Positions 25,681 through 37,711 are shown, numbered from the stretch's first letter. The stretch is 64,000 nucleotides of DNA from Gracilinanus agilis (GCF_016433145.1 NC_058130.1:308194293-308258292); one strand, 5' to 3'. Notes: generated by a model not told the origin, from the letters alone. Numbers and translations: made by a program.

Positions 25681-25800
25681 ATGGGAAAGCAACAGAAAAT
25701 TCCCATCATTTTCCTTTCTTACTGAGAGCAAGTAGGAGGGGATGGGAAAGCAACAGAAAGCTCCCATCGTTTTCCTTTATTACTGAGAGCAAGTAGGAGT
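25681..25800. repeat. Two-copy 61-bp tandem duplication
   Basis: 54/58 identity between copies starting at 25681 and 25742. Confidence 0.95.
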
Positions 25801-26439
25801 AGTATGACTGAAAGCAAGAAGGGATGGTGGTAGAAACATGAAAGAAAAAAAACGAAACATAAGAGCATGTGATCAGAGTACGTAGAAAAGCAAGGATCAA
25901 TAAGGCCAGGATGTTGGTTTGAGTAAGAAAATTGATTCTTAAAGAAAATTAGCATCATAGATATATTTTAATTTAAAAAGCAGGCATATTTCTGAATGAT
26001 GGTATAAAAATCTAATTCCCAGAAAAGTCACATTTCAAACACTCTTGTAGAACCTATTCCTGAGAGACTGCATGGAAAAACCCCCTTGGCTTAAAGTTAA
26101 TAAATAGGATTTTAGATCTAGTTATATTCATAAGGACAAATCACAAATTCATAAGGACACATCTCTAGGCATCAGTGAATAAGAATAAGGTTTTTGGACT
26201 ATATGGTTCTTAAGGTCCCCTGTTGCTCTAACATTTTAAGTATCTAATCATTGTTTTGAAAGATAAATAACTCAACCTAATGTATATTTCCTGGGAATCT
26301 GGATTTTAATATTCTATCTTGGGTTTGCTTAACTCAGGATACAAAACATACATAACTTAAGCTAAATAAGAGCTACCATGAGTACATGTATAGAGATTGT
26401 GGTATGAAAGGTGAAGGTAAAAAGGTATCAGATAGGCAG

Positions 26440-26596
26440 AAGTATGCTCCAACTAAATTAAAATGTGATTGGAAAATAGTTAAAATAAAATAAAAATACA
26501 ACAGAATACAGATAATGGTAATATGCACTTTTCTTAGTCAATATACTGCCTATAGAGATACTCAGTGGTCTATTTTTATCTGTTTGATACCATAGC
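26440..26596. mobile_element. Probable hAT-type non-autonomous DNA transposon fragment
   Basis: AT-rich body ending in gtttgataccatag, resembling an hAT terminal sequence. Boundaries uncertain. Confidence 0.4.
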
Positions 26597-29023
26597 ACCA
26601 ACTCCTCCATAGAAGTTCTATAGACTATTCAACAAGGTAGCTTATACTCACAGTTTTTTGGGAGCCAGTGCAGCTGAATTCTTTCCATCCTTACAGAGAA
26701 CTGCTTTTCCTTCAAGAAAGTTTTTAAGTTCCAGTTTTATACCTCTTGTTTTGCTCTGTCTCCATGTTTGGGCACTTATATTCATCTCAAGCAGCCACAG
26801 GTAAGGAGAAAGGCTCAGAAAAGATAGGGGATCTCTGCAGAGGAGTGCTGGTATGCCAGAAATCCATGTAACCACCTCCATGGGTGGGGAGGGGACTAAG
26901 AGAACAAGAATCTTGCCAGTTGGCAAATGAATCTTTCCTCATGCATCTGTCCTCTGCAAACCATCATCTCTTACTATAACCCTCTCTTCCTTAAAACACA
27001 AAGTACCTTCCCAATAGTGTGGAAAATACAATACATGTGTATAAGAACAGCACCTTTCTTCCTCTTAAAAGAGGATTATTAAACTAGAGGAGGAAATGCA
27101 AAAAAACTCTTGAAAAAAATAAACCTGAACACACCAAGAAAACTATACCATACACTCCCAAATTCTAGGTTTGAGGAAGAAAAAGTGTACATGACATGTA
27201 GTAACAACACAGTACAATGGGAAGAACTTAGATAAAACACAGGCTTTCTAGGCCTCAATTCCTTCATTTGTAAAATGAAGGGGCTGGATTAGATGACTCC
27301 TCCTTCCATTGCCAGTATTTCTTTAGATGCTCTGCCTGGACAAACCTATCTGCCCTTCAGCTATCTATTCATGTTATACTTCATAAAATAACAGGTCTTA
27401 TCACTTATTTTGGTTCGTTAGAAAAGGTCTCCTGGGGCAAAAAAACCACAAAAATCTATATAAAACTTTATTCTCCAATTTTCCTTTTTGGTTGTTTTCT
27501 GAGGGAAAGGAAGAAAAATAGATCAATGAAGGTGTCAAAGAGGGAAGGGGAAAAAGGAATTAAAGCGAATGGAAAGAGTATTTATACACTCTAGAATGAG
27601 AGGACAACTCATACCAAATGTGACCTAGAGCATATATATCCCTTAGTGTCTTTGGGCTTCTGTGTTCTCTCCTCTGACAGATGAGAAGGTTGAACTGGAT
27701 GGTTCTGAAGTCCCCTCCAGTTCTAAATTTATGATCCTAAGTTAGCCTGAGTCCAAAGACAAGTGGAGAGGGCTCTAATTGGGGAATACACCACTTAGGA
27801 ATTCTGTCCACCATACAATATATATATTTTAAAGAGTGTGTGTTTTTGAGAGGGGAGACTAGGTAGAGTTACCAAATGTAATTTTGGATGAAAAAAAAAA
27901 AAAAGAATGTGTTTAAATATAGCAATCTCTTTAATAGAACTGACCAGAGATTAATAGATTAATCAGTCCTGACAAGGAAAGTTAAAGAAATCCTTAATAT
28001 ATATTCTAGTTTTGAGATTAAGGCAGTTTTGGTCTATTAGTGAGATTAAAGAGATTGAGTTAAGGAAATCCTTGAGATGTATTCTAGTATTTTCTCCCCC
28101 AGCCTGGCCTGTGCGTATGCACTCAACAAATCCTGAGACAGGATTTGTAGAGTGGTTTAGGAAGAAATATAACACTGAAGGCTGTAGTAGAGTTACTGAG
28201 GATTTTGTTTCTGGACAGCATGGTTACCAGATGTGAAGAACCATTTTTCAACAGCGTAACAAAAGACCAACTAAAACTAAATACCTCAATTATTTCTGTG
28301 CATTCTTATCTACAAATATTTATCTCCACAAAATAGCAAGTCTTAATGATTATTTTAAAGTACAGTCATTCCAAAGCATCAAATTTAAAAAAGGGTGAAG
28401 ATAGAAGACATTACTAGACGTGACAATCTGTAAGGTGCATTAATCTTGTGCAAAATAAGTCATCTGTTCCTCTGATCTCCACACAAGATATGTCATCTCT
28501 ACAGTCTCTAATAAATTCACCAAAAAAATCTCCAGTATTGACTTTTTACACCCCAGGAGGGATTTTCTTCTTGCATTTTCCATGTTCAATAGCTTTAAAG
28601 AATGCTTTTTGGTTGTAAATAAAGTTTTTTTTTAAACCATAAAAGTAATGAGATGGATTCATTTAGTCATATTTTGTATATATAACAAACATGTTCCTTA
28701 ATAGGTATGTGATTAAAAAGAACTCCTATGTAAAAACCACAGGTGAAATTTATTATAAGGTTAAGGAAACCAAAAAAGAAGTTCATGTTTTGGCTGAGAC
28801 TATAATTGCAAATATTTATAGGTCATAGCAAAGATCATCTTTGTTCAGAGAAACAAATTACAATCTGGATACACCTAAAAGGTGGCCCCAATTATTTCCA
28901 TGGGTTTTGTAACAGTCTCTACAACACGCCTACAAAAATGGATTTTACAATATAAAAAATAAATGCCACATAGAATATTTATGGGTAAGGCAATATGGCA
29001 TTTTCTTAGAAAGTGATAGAAAA

Positions 29024-29215
29024 GAGGCAGCTAGTGGCTCAGTGGATAGAGTGTAGAGCCTAGAGATGAAAGGTTCTGGGTTCAAAATTGACCCCTGACA
29101 CTTCCTAGCCATGTGATCCGGGGCAAGTCACTTAACCCCAACTGCCTAGCCCTAACTGCTCTTCTGCCTTGGAATTGATACTTAGGGTTTTAAGAAGGGG
29201 AAAAAAAAAAACAAA
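29024..29215 (+). mobile_element. Marsupial CORE-SINE (Mar1-like)
   Basis: Head, CORE and A tail. Perfect 16-bp TSD AGAAAGTGATAGAAAA at 29008-29023 and 29216-29231. Confidence 0.95.
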
Positions 29216-29512
29216 AGAAAGTGATAGAAAAAATTCACAACAGTTTAGAAATTACTTTTTTGAAAAATTGATGTCTACTATACTTTTACCTTTAATACCT
29301 CCTACAAAGATAGTAACAGATGAAGAGAATATTAAGGATACCATTTCTTGTAGAAATTCTACATTACGAATTCTTGTTTACTTATAGTGAATAAGATTGA
29401 TACAAGAATCTAAAGTCAGCACATCAATCCTTCCCTCCTACAGGGACAATAGCACAAATGCTTTGAAGACAACTGGTAGGTCTCCATCTAATGCTATGTA
29501 AAACACTAATGC

Positions 29513-29701
29513 TGAGGGTTCTTAACTAGGGATCAAGAACTTGGTTTTGTTATTTTTTAAATAAAAGATTACAAAATAATTTATTTCCTTTGTAATTCTA
29601 TGTATTTTATTTTAAGCATTTAAAAAACATTTTAAGAAGGACTGCACAGGCTTTAGATTGCCAAAGGTGTTCATGACACAAATTAGGTTAAGAACGCTTG
29701 A
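29513..29701. mobile_element. hAT/Charlie-type MITE
   Basis: Terminal inverted repeats gagggttcttaac ... gttaagaacgctt around a 190-bp AT-rich body. Confidence 0.62.
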
Positions 29702-30074
29702 TCTAGTAGTTATCTAAAATGTGGATCAGCTGGTCAGGGTAAGTTAACTTATTTTTTAGCTTATTTCCACAGCTTTAAATTGTTATCCTTTCGTCCACAA
29801 ATTATCTTGTGCCTTTGTTCACCACTAGGTTAATAACTAAGACATGCTAGACAGTTTGCAACAGTGTTGCCATAACATAACATCACATTAAATTACCTTT
29901 TCTAAATTTCCAATAAAATGTGTTTTCTAATAGGTAATTTCCTTAGGCCTCAAACATCTAATCTTACCAACTCAATAGTTAACATCTACAAACAGATGTT
30001 AACCTAAGAGATACAAACCAGGCATGCAGTGATTAAAAACTACAATGGCCTAGTTCTTTATTCCTAATCATATC

Positions 30075-30200
30075 CGCATCAACCCATGTGTTCAAGTGGT
30101 TGTTTTACTTCTGGGTTTCCATTCCTGTAGTTCTTCCTCTGAATGTGGGTAGTGTTCTTTTCCATAAATCTCTCAGAATTGTCCTGGGTCATTGCATTCT
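30075..30200 (-). mobile_element. Short L1 3' UTR fragment
   Basis: Reverse-complement similarity to 4995-5130 of the L1 copy in this window. Confidence 0.7.
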
Positions 30201-30414
30201 CATTTGTTTTATCATGAATCCTGGTTTTGTGTTAGGCCAATTTATAGCTTTAAAAAGCAAATCATGACCGCCCCCAATACTGAACCTATTAACTCTAACA
30301 CAAGAATAGAATGCCTCCCTTTTAACTGGAACTTTTGCTTCTCACTTCAAATTCTACCCATCGCATAGTTCAAAGTTATTAGAAAGTGACTAGGAAAAGA
30401 AGAGCCAGTCTTAC

Positions 30415-30923
30415 CTTATTTGTAGCAGTAGCACTGGATCCAGGGACCACAGGTACATTCGTCACTTGCACAGAAAGATAATTATTATCTATAAGAGGCC
30501 AGGCACCTTCCACCTTGCATGTTTGAAAGTGATCATTAAAAGTTCTAAGATGAGGATCTCCAAACAAGCCACAAAAAAGGTAAGTGGGAGGACTCTGGTC
30601 CCCTCCCTGATGTTCTCTAGCTTCTGAATGGCTATGATAGTTACAAGGGTCATGGGTAACTTCAGGATTGGTAGAGGATGTGGGTCCATCCTTGGAACAG
30701 TTTCTCTGGCTCATGAGGTCATTGATTCCTAGCACAGCTGAATGGTAGACCAGGTTTCCACGGCAGGCTTTGGAAGTACGCTGGGTACAACCAGCATAAG
30801 CACGCAGAGCCTTGCAGAACTCTGAATCAAAGCCATCAATGGCAGAGTTCAGGTGAGAAGTCAGTGACACAAAGTCTGTAGTGCATTTCTGGATTCGACA
30901 CTGGGCTGGCTGTTGGCAATAAC
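30415..30923 (-). CDS. RGMB: RGMB coding exon (RGM N-terminal domain and start of vWD, with GDPH autocleavage motif)
   Basis: Acceptor ctttag|GT at 30923 gives [46 protein letters not shown]...FGDPHLRTF...SSATATNK. Donor AAG|GTAAGA at 30415/30414. Length 509 nt, phases consistent with flanking exons. Confidence 0.98.
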
Positions 30924-33900
30924 CTAAAGGAAGTAAGATAACAAAAAATTGCTTATAAGGTGAGTTTTAAAAAGGCTAAATTATTTTCCGAGTGAACTAT
31001 TGTAAGAAAACTATCACAGACCTTCAGAGGCTATTTCTTATGCCCTCTTGATCAGAAAAAAAAAAGGGGCAGAGGGTGGGGAAAGCAGGTATAATTTAAG
31101 AGCCTTTAAGAATACACATACAAGTTTGCTTCTGTGTTTCTCAAGCCAAATTACTCTGAGAAAAACAGCAGTTGTTTGTAGACAAACTTTTTACGTGTAA
31201 ACTAGTCTGTTTACAAGACTTAGAAGCTATCATAGAATGGTAAACGAAAGTATTACTTAAATTGTTATTTTTTTCAAGTAAATGTAAAATTTTCAGTTAC
31301 TATAAAGGTAAATTCTATTCTCTACTAGAATTCTATTGTTTTTTAAAAGTAAGAATTATTAGCTTCAGAAAGTAAAGTAAAACAACCTGAGATGATAGTG
31401 TTAAAAGTAGAAGCATCTATCATTACACCAAAGGAAAAAAATTTTCTAAATTATAGATTGTCTATTTAAAACCTCAAAATACGAGTTTGAACTCAGTACT
31501 CTCCTTTATGTCCACACAGCCTTAGCAGCAAGAAAATGAAAGTACTGAGTCTTAAAAAAAAAGACCTCCTGTTAGCCAAGAGTAGACATATTCCACATTA
31601 ATCACAACTTATAATCACCTGCCTTCAGAAAGTTTAACTACCTCCCAATAAACAAGTATATTGATAAAAAGTTTAATTTCCTAATTTTCTCCGATTCTCC
31701 CAGGAACATGAGTTCAAATGCTCTGGACCAAACATTTGCACGTGATTTATTATTCCATAGATGTCCAATGACAAAGAAAAGACAGGAAAAGGGTATTCTC
31801 CATAACAGAGGCAGATGGCAAGGACTGACTATACTATACTTTTAAAATTTTGAACCAAAAGAACAAATGAATATAAAATGTAGACTCCTAGATGTAACTA
31901 TAATTACTGCCTTTTTTGATTAACAAAAACATATAACTTAGCAAATTAAAGGTGAGATTACAGCAAAAATCTCAAGTTCTGATGCTGAGAAGAAAAAAAG
32001 CACACCTAAAAGTAGCTGTGTTGAAGTTTCCAAAATGATTCTTTCAATGCAATAAAAGGAAAAATAATCTATATATCATAAAACACAAAATAACTGCCAG
32101 AACAACTTTGTAGTTTGTTTTTCAATTATGAAAGCACATGTAAGAAAAGAAAACAAAATCAGTATCTATCCCAATATAAATGCTACATCATAGAAGTGGG
32201 CCCAAAAGCCACCCAATTTACCCTTACATTAGAATATCTGCCTTAAATTTGAACCCCACATATTCTAGTAGAAAATGTTAAAAATCCACAATAAATTACT
32301 GGTGATACAATTTTTTGTAAAGAAATAACTTTAAAACATTAAAAAAAAAATCTCATTCCCCTTTCACACCTTTTAAATTCACCTAAAAAAGAAAAAAAAA
32401 AGAAACAAATTAAAAAAACAAAACCCTAGGCTTTGATGTCAATTTTAACTGATTCAAAACCACGGAAAGGTATTTTTTCACATTGAACAATTGAAAGCAA
32501 TTACTGAACCATAACCATACTCCTAAATTTGGTTCTTTTTGTGGGGAGCTATTCTTTTCAAAAGAAACTTGATCAATTTAAAAAAAATTTAAACTATTAA
32601 AAAATAAGTTAAGGTTATTTAAAAAAGATAAAAAGTTCAAAAGGTTTGATTTTGCTAAACATGAACTTGACACCTGGGTTCAACACTATAGATTCTCAGG
32701 CCTCATAAAGACCATGGACTATAAATGTAAAGCTGAAAAGGTCCATAAGCCATTGAAACCAAGCCTCTCATTTTATAGGTGGCAACTTAGTTTCACAAAG
32801 AAGTTAAATAATAAATTGTCCAGAATTAATAGTAAGTAAAAGTGCCAAAATTCAAACTCAAGTCTTCTGATAACAAATCTAGTGCTTTTCTGCCTTCTAG
32901 TTTCCACTCAAGGCCACATTTTTTCTATTAGGTATTATTATTATTATTTATATATTGCTGGTGGCCATAGTAGTAAAGACTCAAGCAGTGGTTTCACAGC
33001 ATAGGAGGAAGTAAAGAAATGAAAATATGGTCTTAAGATAACTTGGTACATCCCGTTTTTATATTTGTGTGATAGCACAAGAACTTTCCGCTAAACTTAC
33101 TGGGCCTATTTGTTCTTTTTAAGGTACATAAAATTTAGTAGAGCATACGTTTATACTTGTAATTATTTCAAATAGTCATAAAATATCAAAAGTAGTGGTG
33201 TGGAAATGTAAATGCACTAACTCAAAAGGAAAAGAGAGAATTAAATTTCTAAGCCCTTTTCTTTCCATTCCCCGCCCCCCCTTCCTTTAGCTAGTAGGTA
33301 GATGTTGATCCCTTTGTGAAATCTTACACAGAACAGAAACCACACAACCCAGGGATGAAGAACTAAATAGTGTTGGACTACTGTTTGGTGTTTCAGTATA
33401 GAATGGGAGAGGAAGGAGGGAAAAGTGGAGAAAAGAGGGAAATATGGGCTCAAGACCAAGAGACCTAGCTCCTCATCCCAAGTTTCTTTATTATGATTAA
33501 TTTGCAGCATTCCCCAGAAATATCTAGGCTTCATGAATTTATAATGGCAATGCACACTCCTTCCTGTTATAAGTGGTAAAGTAAAGCTCCTGTCAAAATG
33601 CCAAGACAAGGCCAAGTAGAAATAGTCTCTAAGATCTGGCAAAGGAAAGCCAAGAAGTACACGAGGAAGCAAGCTGCTTCATATTTGATCCTTAGTCAGG
33701 AAATGCAGAGCTTTGTTAAAAATATGTGAATAATGCACTCTGTGCTTTCCCAAGGGAGCAAATTAAAAATTTACAGGTAAAGGTTTCACTATTTTGCCAA
33801 TGAAGTTATTTGTTATTAATGTGAAGATCAGCTGCCCTATTTTTGTTTCAGTTAATGGAGAAGAACATGCTAATGGATGTTTACAAAAGATCCTATTGCT

Positions 33901-34544
33901 AAGGATTAAAACACAAAACTGTCACAATTCAACATGCCAAATTTACCCATATGATTATGAAATCTAGTGGGGTTTTTTGATCACGTGAAATATGTGCTCT
34001 GCTATATTAAAAAGAATGAATCTTTTAAGCCATGAGTGCTGAGGCAAATGCCATGGTTACAGTGATAAAACATATGGCCCACCCATCTGCAAAAAGCACT
34101 TCACTAGGATCCCTGAAATGAACAGAAATCATTCCTTGCATTTTTAAAAAGTACTGATCTTAAAAAAAAAAAGAGCCCAAGCTAAAGAAAGGGTATTAGA
34201 CAATCCTTTCCCAGAAGATTATTACTTGAGCCAAATTGAAACAAAGAAATCTCAACACAATTACTGCCTTAATAAAGTGAGGCTGCATTAAAAGTGAGCC
34301 TTAAAAAAAATTTATTAAAACAAGTTCCAAGTTTCAAATTTTTTAAACTAAGAAATCTTAATTTTCTAAATTAAGGTTTTTGTGGCCAATCTAAGAGATA
34401 TAATCCTTCTTTAATAACCTTCCAGGGCTCCATTCTACATTTGTAAAAGGGTTTCCCATCATTATCAATGCACATACTATCAGGATAGCCAAGGCTAAAA
34501 CAAAACTAACTTAAATTTACAACAAAAACATTAAATGCCATTCA

Positions 34545-34790
34545 GTAGTATGGTAGTGGATAGTCTGTTGGACTGTACGTTGGAAGATAAATTACATCTC
34601 TGACACAAAGTCCAGAATGTGTGGCAAGTTATTTAACCTCTGAGCCTCAGCTTTCTCACCTGTAATACGGTGGGGGAAAAGAAAGCGGTAGTGTAATTAT
34701 ACCTATAGTACTTAACCCACACCTATAATATTTACTAAGCCTCAAATATAGGACAATATAAGTAATGGCAAACATTATAAATGTTAGTTG
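34545..34790 (+). mobile_element. MIR-type SINE
   Basis: ggcaagttatttaacctctgagcctcagctttctcacctgtaa CORE. Confidence 0.7.
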
Positions 34791-36501
34791 TTACTACAAC
34801 TCTGTGCAATACATTATGCTTTATATTTTCTTGGTGCAATAGTACTTTATACATACATCAAGACAAATTGCCCTTTTGTTAAACACTCATTTGACCCTAT
34901 TTTATTTTCTCTGAGCCCAAGTAGAAAGTGACTCAAGCCCAGATATGACCCCTCTCCCATTTTCAAAGCTTCTCTAATCATGTTTAAACCACCATAACCT
35001 TTAAACAAGGCCAACAAATAATACTATGTATTTATACAATTATTTGTATAGGAAATAAAAGTCCTAATTTGAATTTTTAGTTATGAAAATTGGCACATAC
35101 TTAAGGTTTGCATCTATCCCTTCCCCCATATCAGCAATTACATCAAAAGGAAATAACACAAGTCAAACTTGGTTGTGCTGACTTCTCCATGAAGTATTTC
35201 TTTTCTCTCCCACTACTCAGACAACTGATAAGTCCAAGTGGCATGAAAAGCACAATACTCACTTTGCTGATATAAGCACTAGAGATTGGAGTTCATATAA
35301 ATACATGGAAAGATCCTCAAATAAAAGGATAACACTTCCTGTTAAGTTCCAGGGAGTTCCTTTCCAGTTTTTTAATACATTTTTTTTCTATATCAGTGCC
35401 TTGCAAAGAAATCTCCAACACTTCCAAAGTGGTATTCGTCTTATCAGACTTAAAACACACAGACCAACAATCTAAACAACCTAAGAGGTACTCTGGCACA
35501 CTACAGTTGACTTCTTTCCTTTTCTGCTCAAAATCAAAATAGCTACAATGCTGTTTTCATTAGGGTAAGAGTAATCTGAATTATACAAAGGCAAAGGCTG
35601 GCAAACATAGACCTCACAGTCCCAGACACAGTCCCCGAAAATTTTGTGGGAGAGGATTGAAGACTGCTTGAAAGCAATTTTTTCAAATATGAACTTGGTG
35701 AAGTTTGGTTACGCTGAGATTAAGCTACACACTAGTTTCCACATTCAAGTTTAAATGTGCGATCTCTCCGCTTCTCCAACACCTCAATTCCAGGGAAACA
35801 ACTCAAGCCTCCTTCTATCCTGCTGAGAGAAGGTAGCAGCGGAAAACTGATCAGATCCCCGACTTTCAGTAAATACATTCGCAGAAAGCAATAAAGCATC
35901 CCGAGCATTTGTCTCAAGCTCAAAGCAACACTTCCCTTCTCCGCCCCAGCCCCCGACCCCCCAGCACCCTCAGGCTCCCACCGAAAGGACATCTCTCAGA
36001 GGTTTGTGCAACGAGGGAAGGAGGAAGGCCGGGAGGGGGGGGGGGGCGGGGAGGGAAAGGGGCCATCTTACGCTCATCTCCCAGACTCGCCAAATGTTTT
36101 GAACAGTTTATTCTAGTTGCTCCAACTACAAGGTTTTTTAAAAAGGTGGCTCCGCAGCCAGGTGTCTTGAAGACAGACACAAGTTTGCTTCTGCAATCTC
36201 TAGGGGTTTCTGCCAGAAACAAAGAAATCATTTTTTCCCCCCGAGGTCCCCCACTTCTAACACAACCACACCATTACCATGTTATCCCGGGGGGTGGGGG
36301 GGAGGGAAGGGGAGCTTTTCCAATTAGAGTAAAAGCGAGGGCGCCTTTCCCATCTCTCCCTCCCCCTATTTGCCCATTCCCGCGCAAGTCCGCGCCTGTC
36401 ACTGGAGTCGTGCGTGGGATGTGGGGTGTGGGTGCACAGGCGAGTGAGTGCAGAGGCACTTGTGAGAGCGCCCCTCCCGGGGGGCAGGGCTCTTTCAGTA
36501 C

Positions 36502-36637
36502 CTGCGGGCAGTCCCCCGAGGCCGAACAGGAGCAGCAGGGCGGTCAGCGGAGGCGAGTGCCAGCCGCGACGCTGGCGGCGCCGGCCCGACTCAGCCCTGG
36601 CGGCGGCGGCGGCGCAAGAAGGGGCAGCTCTCCCCAT
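36502..36637 (-). CDS. RGMB: RGMB coding exon with the canonical start; signal peptide MGRAAPSCAAAAARAESGRRRQRRGWHSPPLTALLLLFGLGGLPA(G)
   Basis: ATG at 36637 in strong context (ggcATGg). Translation resembles the mammalian RGMB N-terminus (MG.RAAPS.AAA...LLLL.F.LG.L.AG). Donor GCAG|GTACTG at 36502/36501, phase 1, 136 nt. Confidence 0.95.
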
Positions 36638-36743
36638 GCCCGTCCATGCAGGTCTCCTCCAGGGCTCTGACGGCAGCTTGGGGGCCCGGGATCCGGGACT
36701 GCTGCATGGACACGCGATCGGGCCTCGCTTCCTTTTCTTCCTC
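36638..36743 (-). CDS. RGMB: Putative N-terminal extension of a long RGMB isoform (RKKRKRGPIACPCSSPGSRAPKLPSEPWRRPAWTG)
   Basis: Stop-free and in frame with ATG 36637. Begins right after ctgaag| at 36743. Resembles the human long isoform N-terminus as recalled (MIRKKRKR...PC...EPTRPAWTGM). Confidence 0.55.
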
Positions 36744-37090
36744 CTTCAGTCCCGCGATGGCGTGGGGCGGCCGCCGCCCCCGCAAAAGCAGCAGCAGTAG
36801 CAACGGGGAGCAGCGCGCCAGAGGAGAACGGCCCCAGGCAGCATCGCAAGCAGAGGAGAAAAGAACACAAAGAACGCAAATGAGTACTGCCCTTATCCTC
36901 CCCACTCCCTAAAGCCACTCGTGCCCGGGATCTGGCGAGGCCCGGGTAAGGGGAATGCGTGCTAAGCGCGGGTGTGGGGGACGACTATGGGCGCGGGGCC
37001 CCTGCCTCACTCGGGTGTCTCTGCACGCCCCTCCCCCACCCCATCAATCAATCTCAGCGCCGCACTCCCCTCCCACGTCGGGCGCGCCCC

Positions 37091-37711
37091 CAGCCAATCC
37101 CCGCCCTCCTCCTACCTCAGCTGCGTCCCAGGGGCCGCTAGCGCCGGCAGACCCAGACAGACCCGACACTTCTCTGGGCCTCCGAGGCCCGCCCTCCCTG
37201 CCTAGGGCCTTGAGAGCGCGGCTGTCCTGGACAGTGTACGACGAAGCGATTTGCCATCGCTCTCGCTCAGCCTCCCCTCCTCTATTTACCGTTTCTCCTT
37301 CTCTTTTTGAAAAACGTATTCTAATCTAAAAAGACGCGCGGGCCGGGGTCCCTCTTTTTCGGTTACTTTTGGAGGGCCCCAATCGGCCTCCCAAGTTTCA
37401 CTCCCTTGTTTTCTATCGCGTGCTTCCCGCTCCCCCCTCCCTCAGCCACGCCCTATCTCGGTCCTAGCTCCTAAAGAGCGGCGCTAGGGAGTCACGTGTG
37501 CGGGGCTTCACCTTCGCAGCCAATCACCTCCCCCGATACCACATTCCGACTTAGATCTCGAGAGTGGAACGTTGCAGGCAAGAAAACGAGCTTTTCCAAG
37601 TCGGAATGTGACTGGCGGGTCGGGGGCTCTCCGATTGGCTGGGAAAAGTCTCAGTGGGCGCCTTTTGGAATTTACTGGTAGTTTTAATCGGTCCCGGCGA
37701 TCGCCCATTGG
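37091..37711. promoter_or_regulatory. Proximal promoter motifs: four CCAAT boxes, GC box, E-box
   Basis: CCAAT at 37094 (+), 37520 (+), 37634 (-) and 37707 (-). GC box CCCCGCCC at 37099. GTCACGTG at 37491-37498. Motif matches only. Confidence 0.6.

Noticed and set aside
25681-25800. CRISPR-like reading of hairpin-containing repeats
   Set aside because: Only two adjacent copies with no unique spacers, no cas genes, and a vertebrate locus.
36746-36748. UGA readthrough or selenocysteine joining the Cys-rich uORF to RGMB
   Set aside because: Context is UGA-AGG rather than UGA-CUAG, no SECIS was recognised, and splicing explains the downstream open frame more simply.
35909-37329. Long plus-strand ORFs (e.g. 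253 aa at 35909-36670) in the CpG island
   Set aside because: Pro/Gly/Arg/Ala-rich, stop-poor by GC content, no recognisable domain, antisense to RGMB.
37555-37562. TCTCGAGA as a BANP/ZBTB33 TCTCGCGAGA motif
   Set aside because: Lacks the central CG; only a short palindrome.
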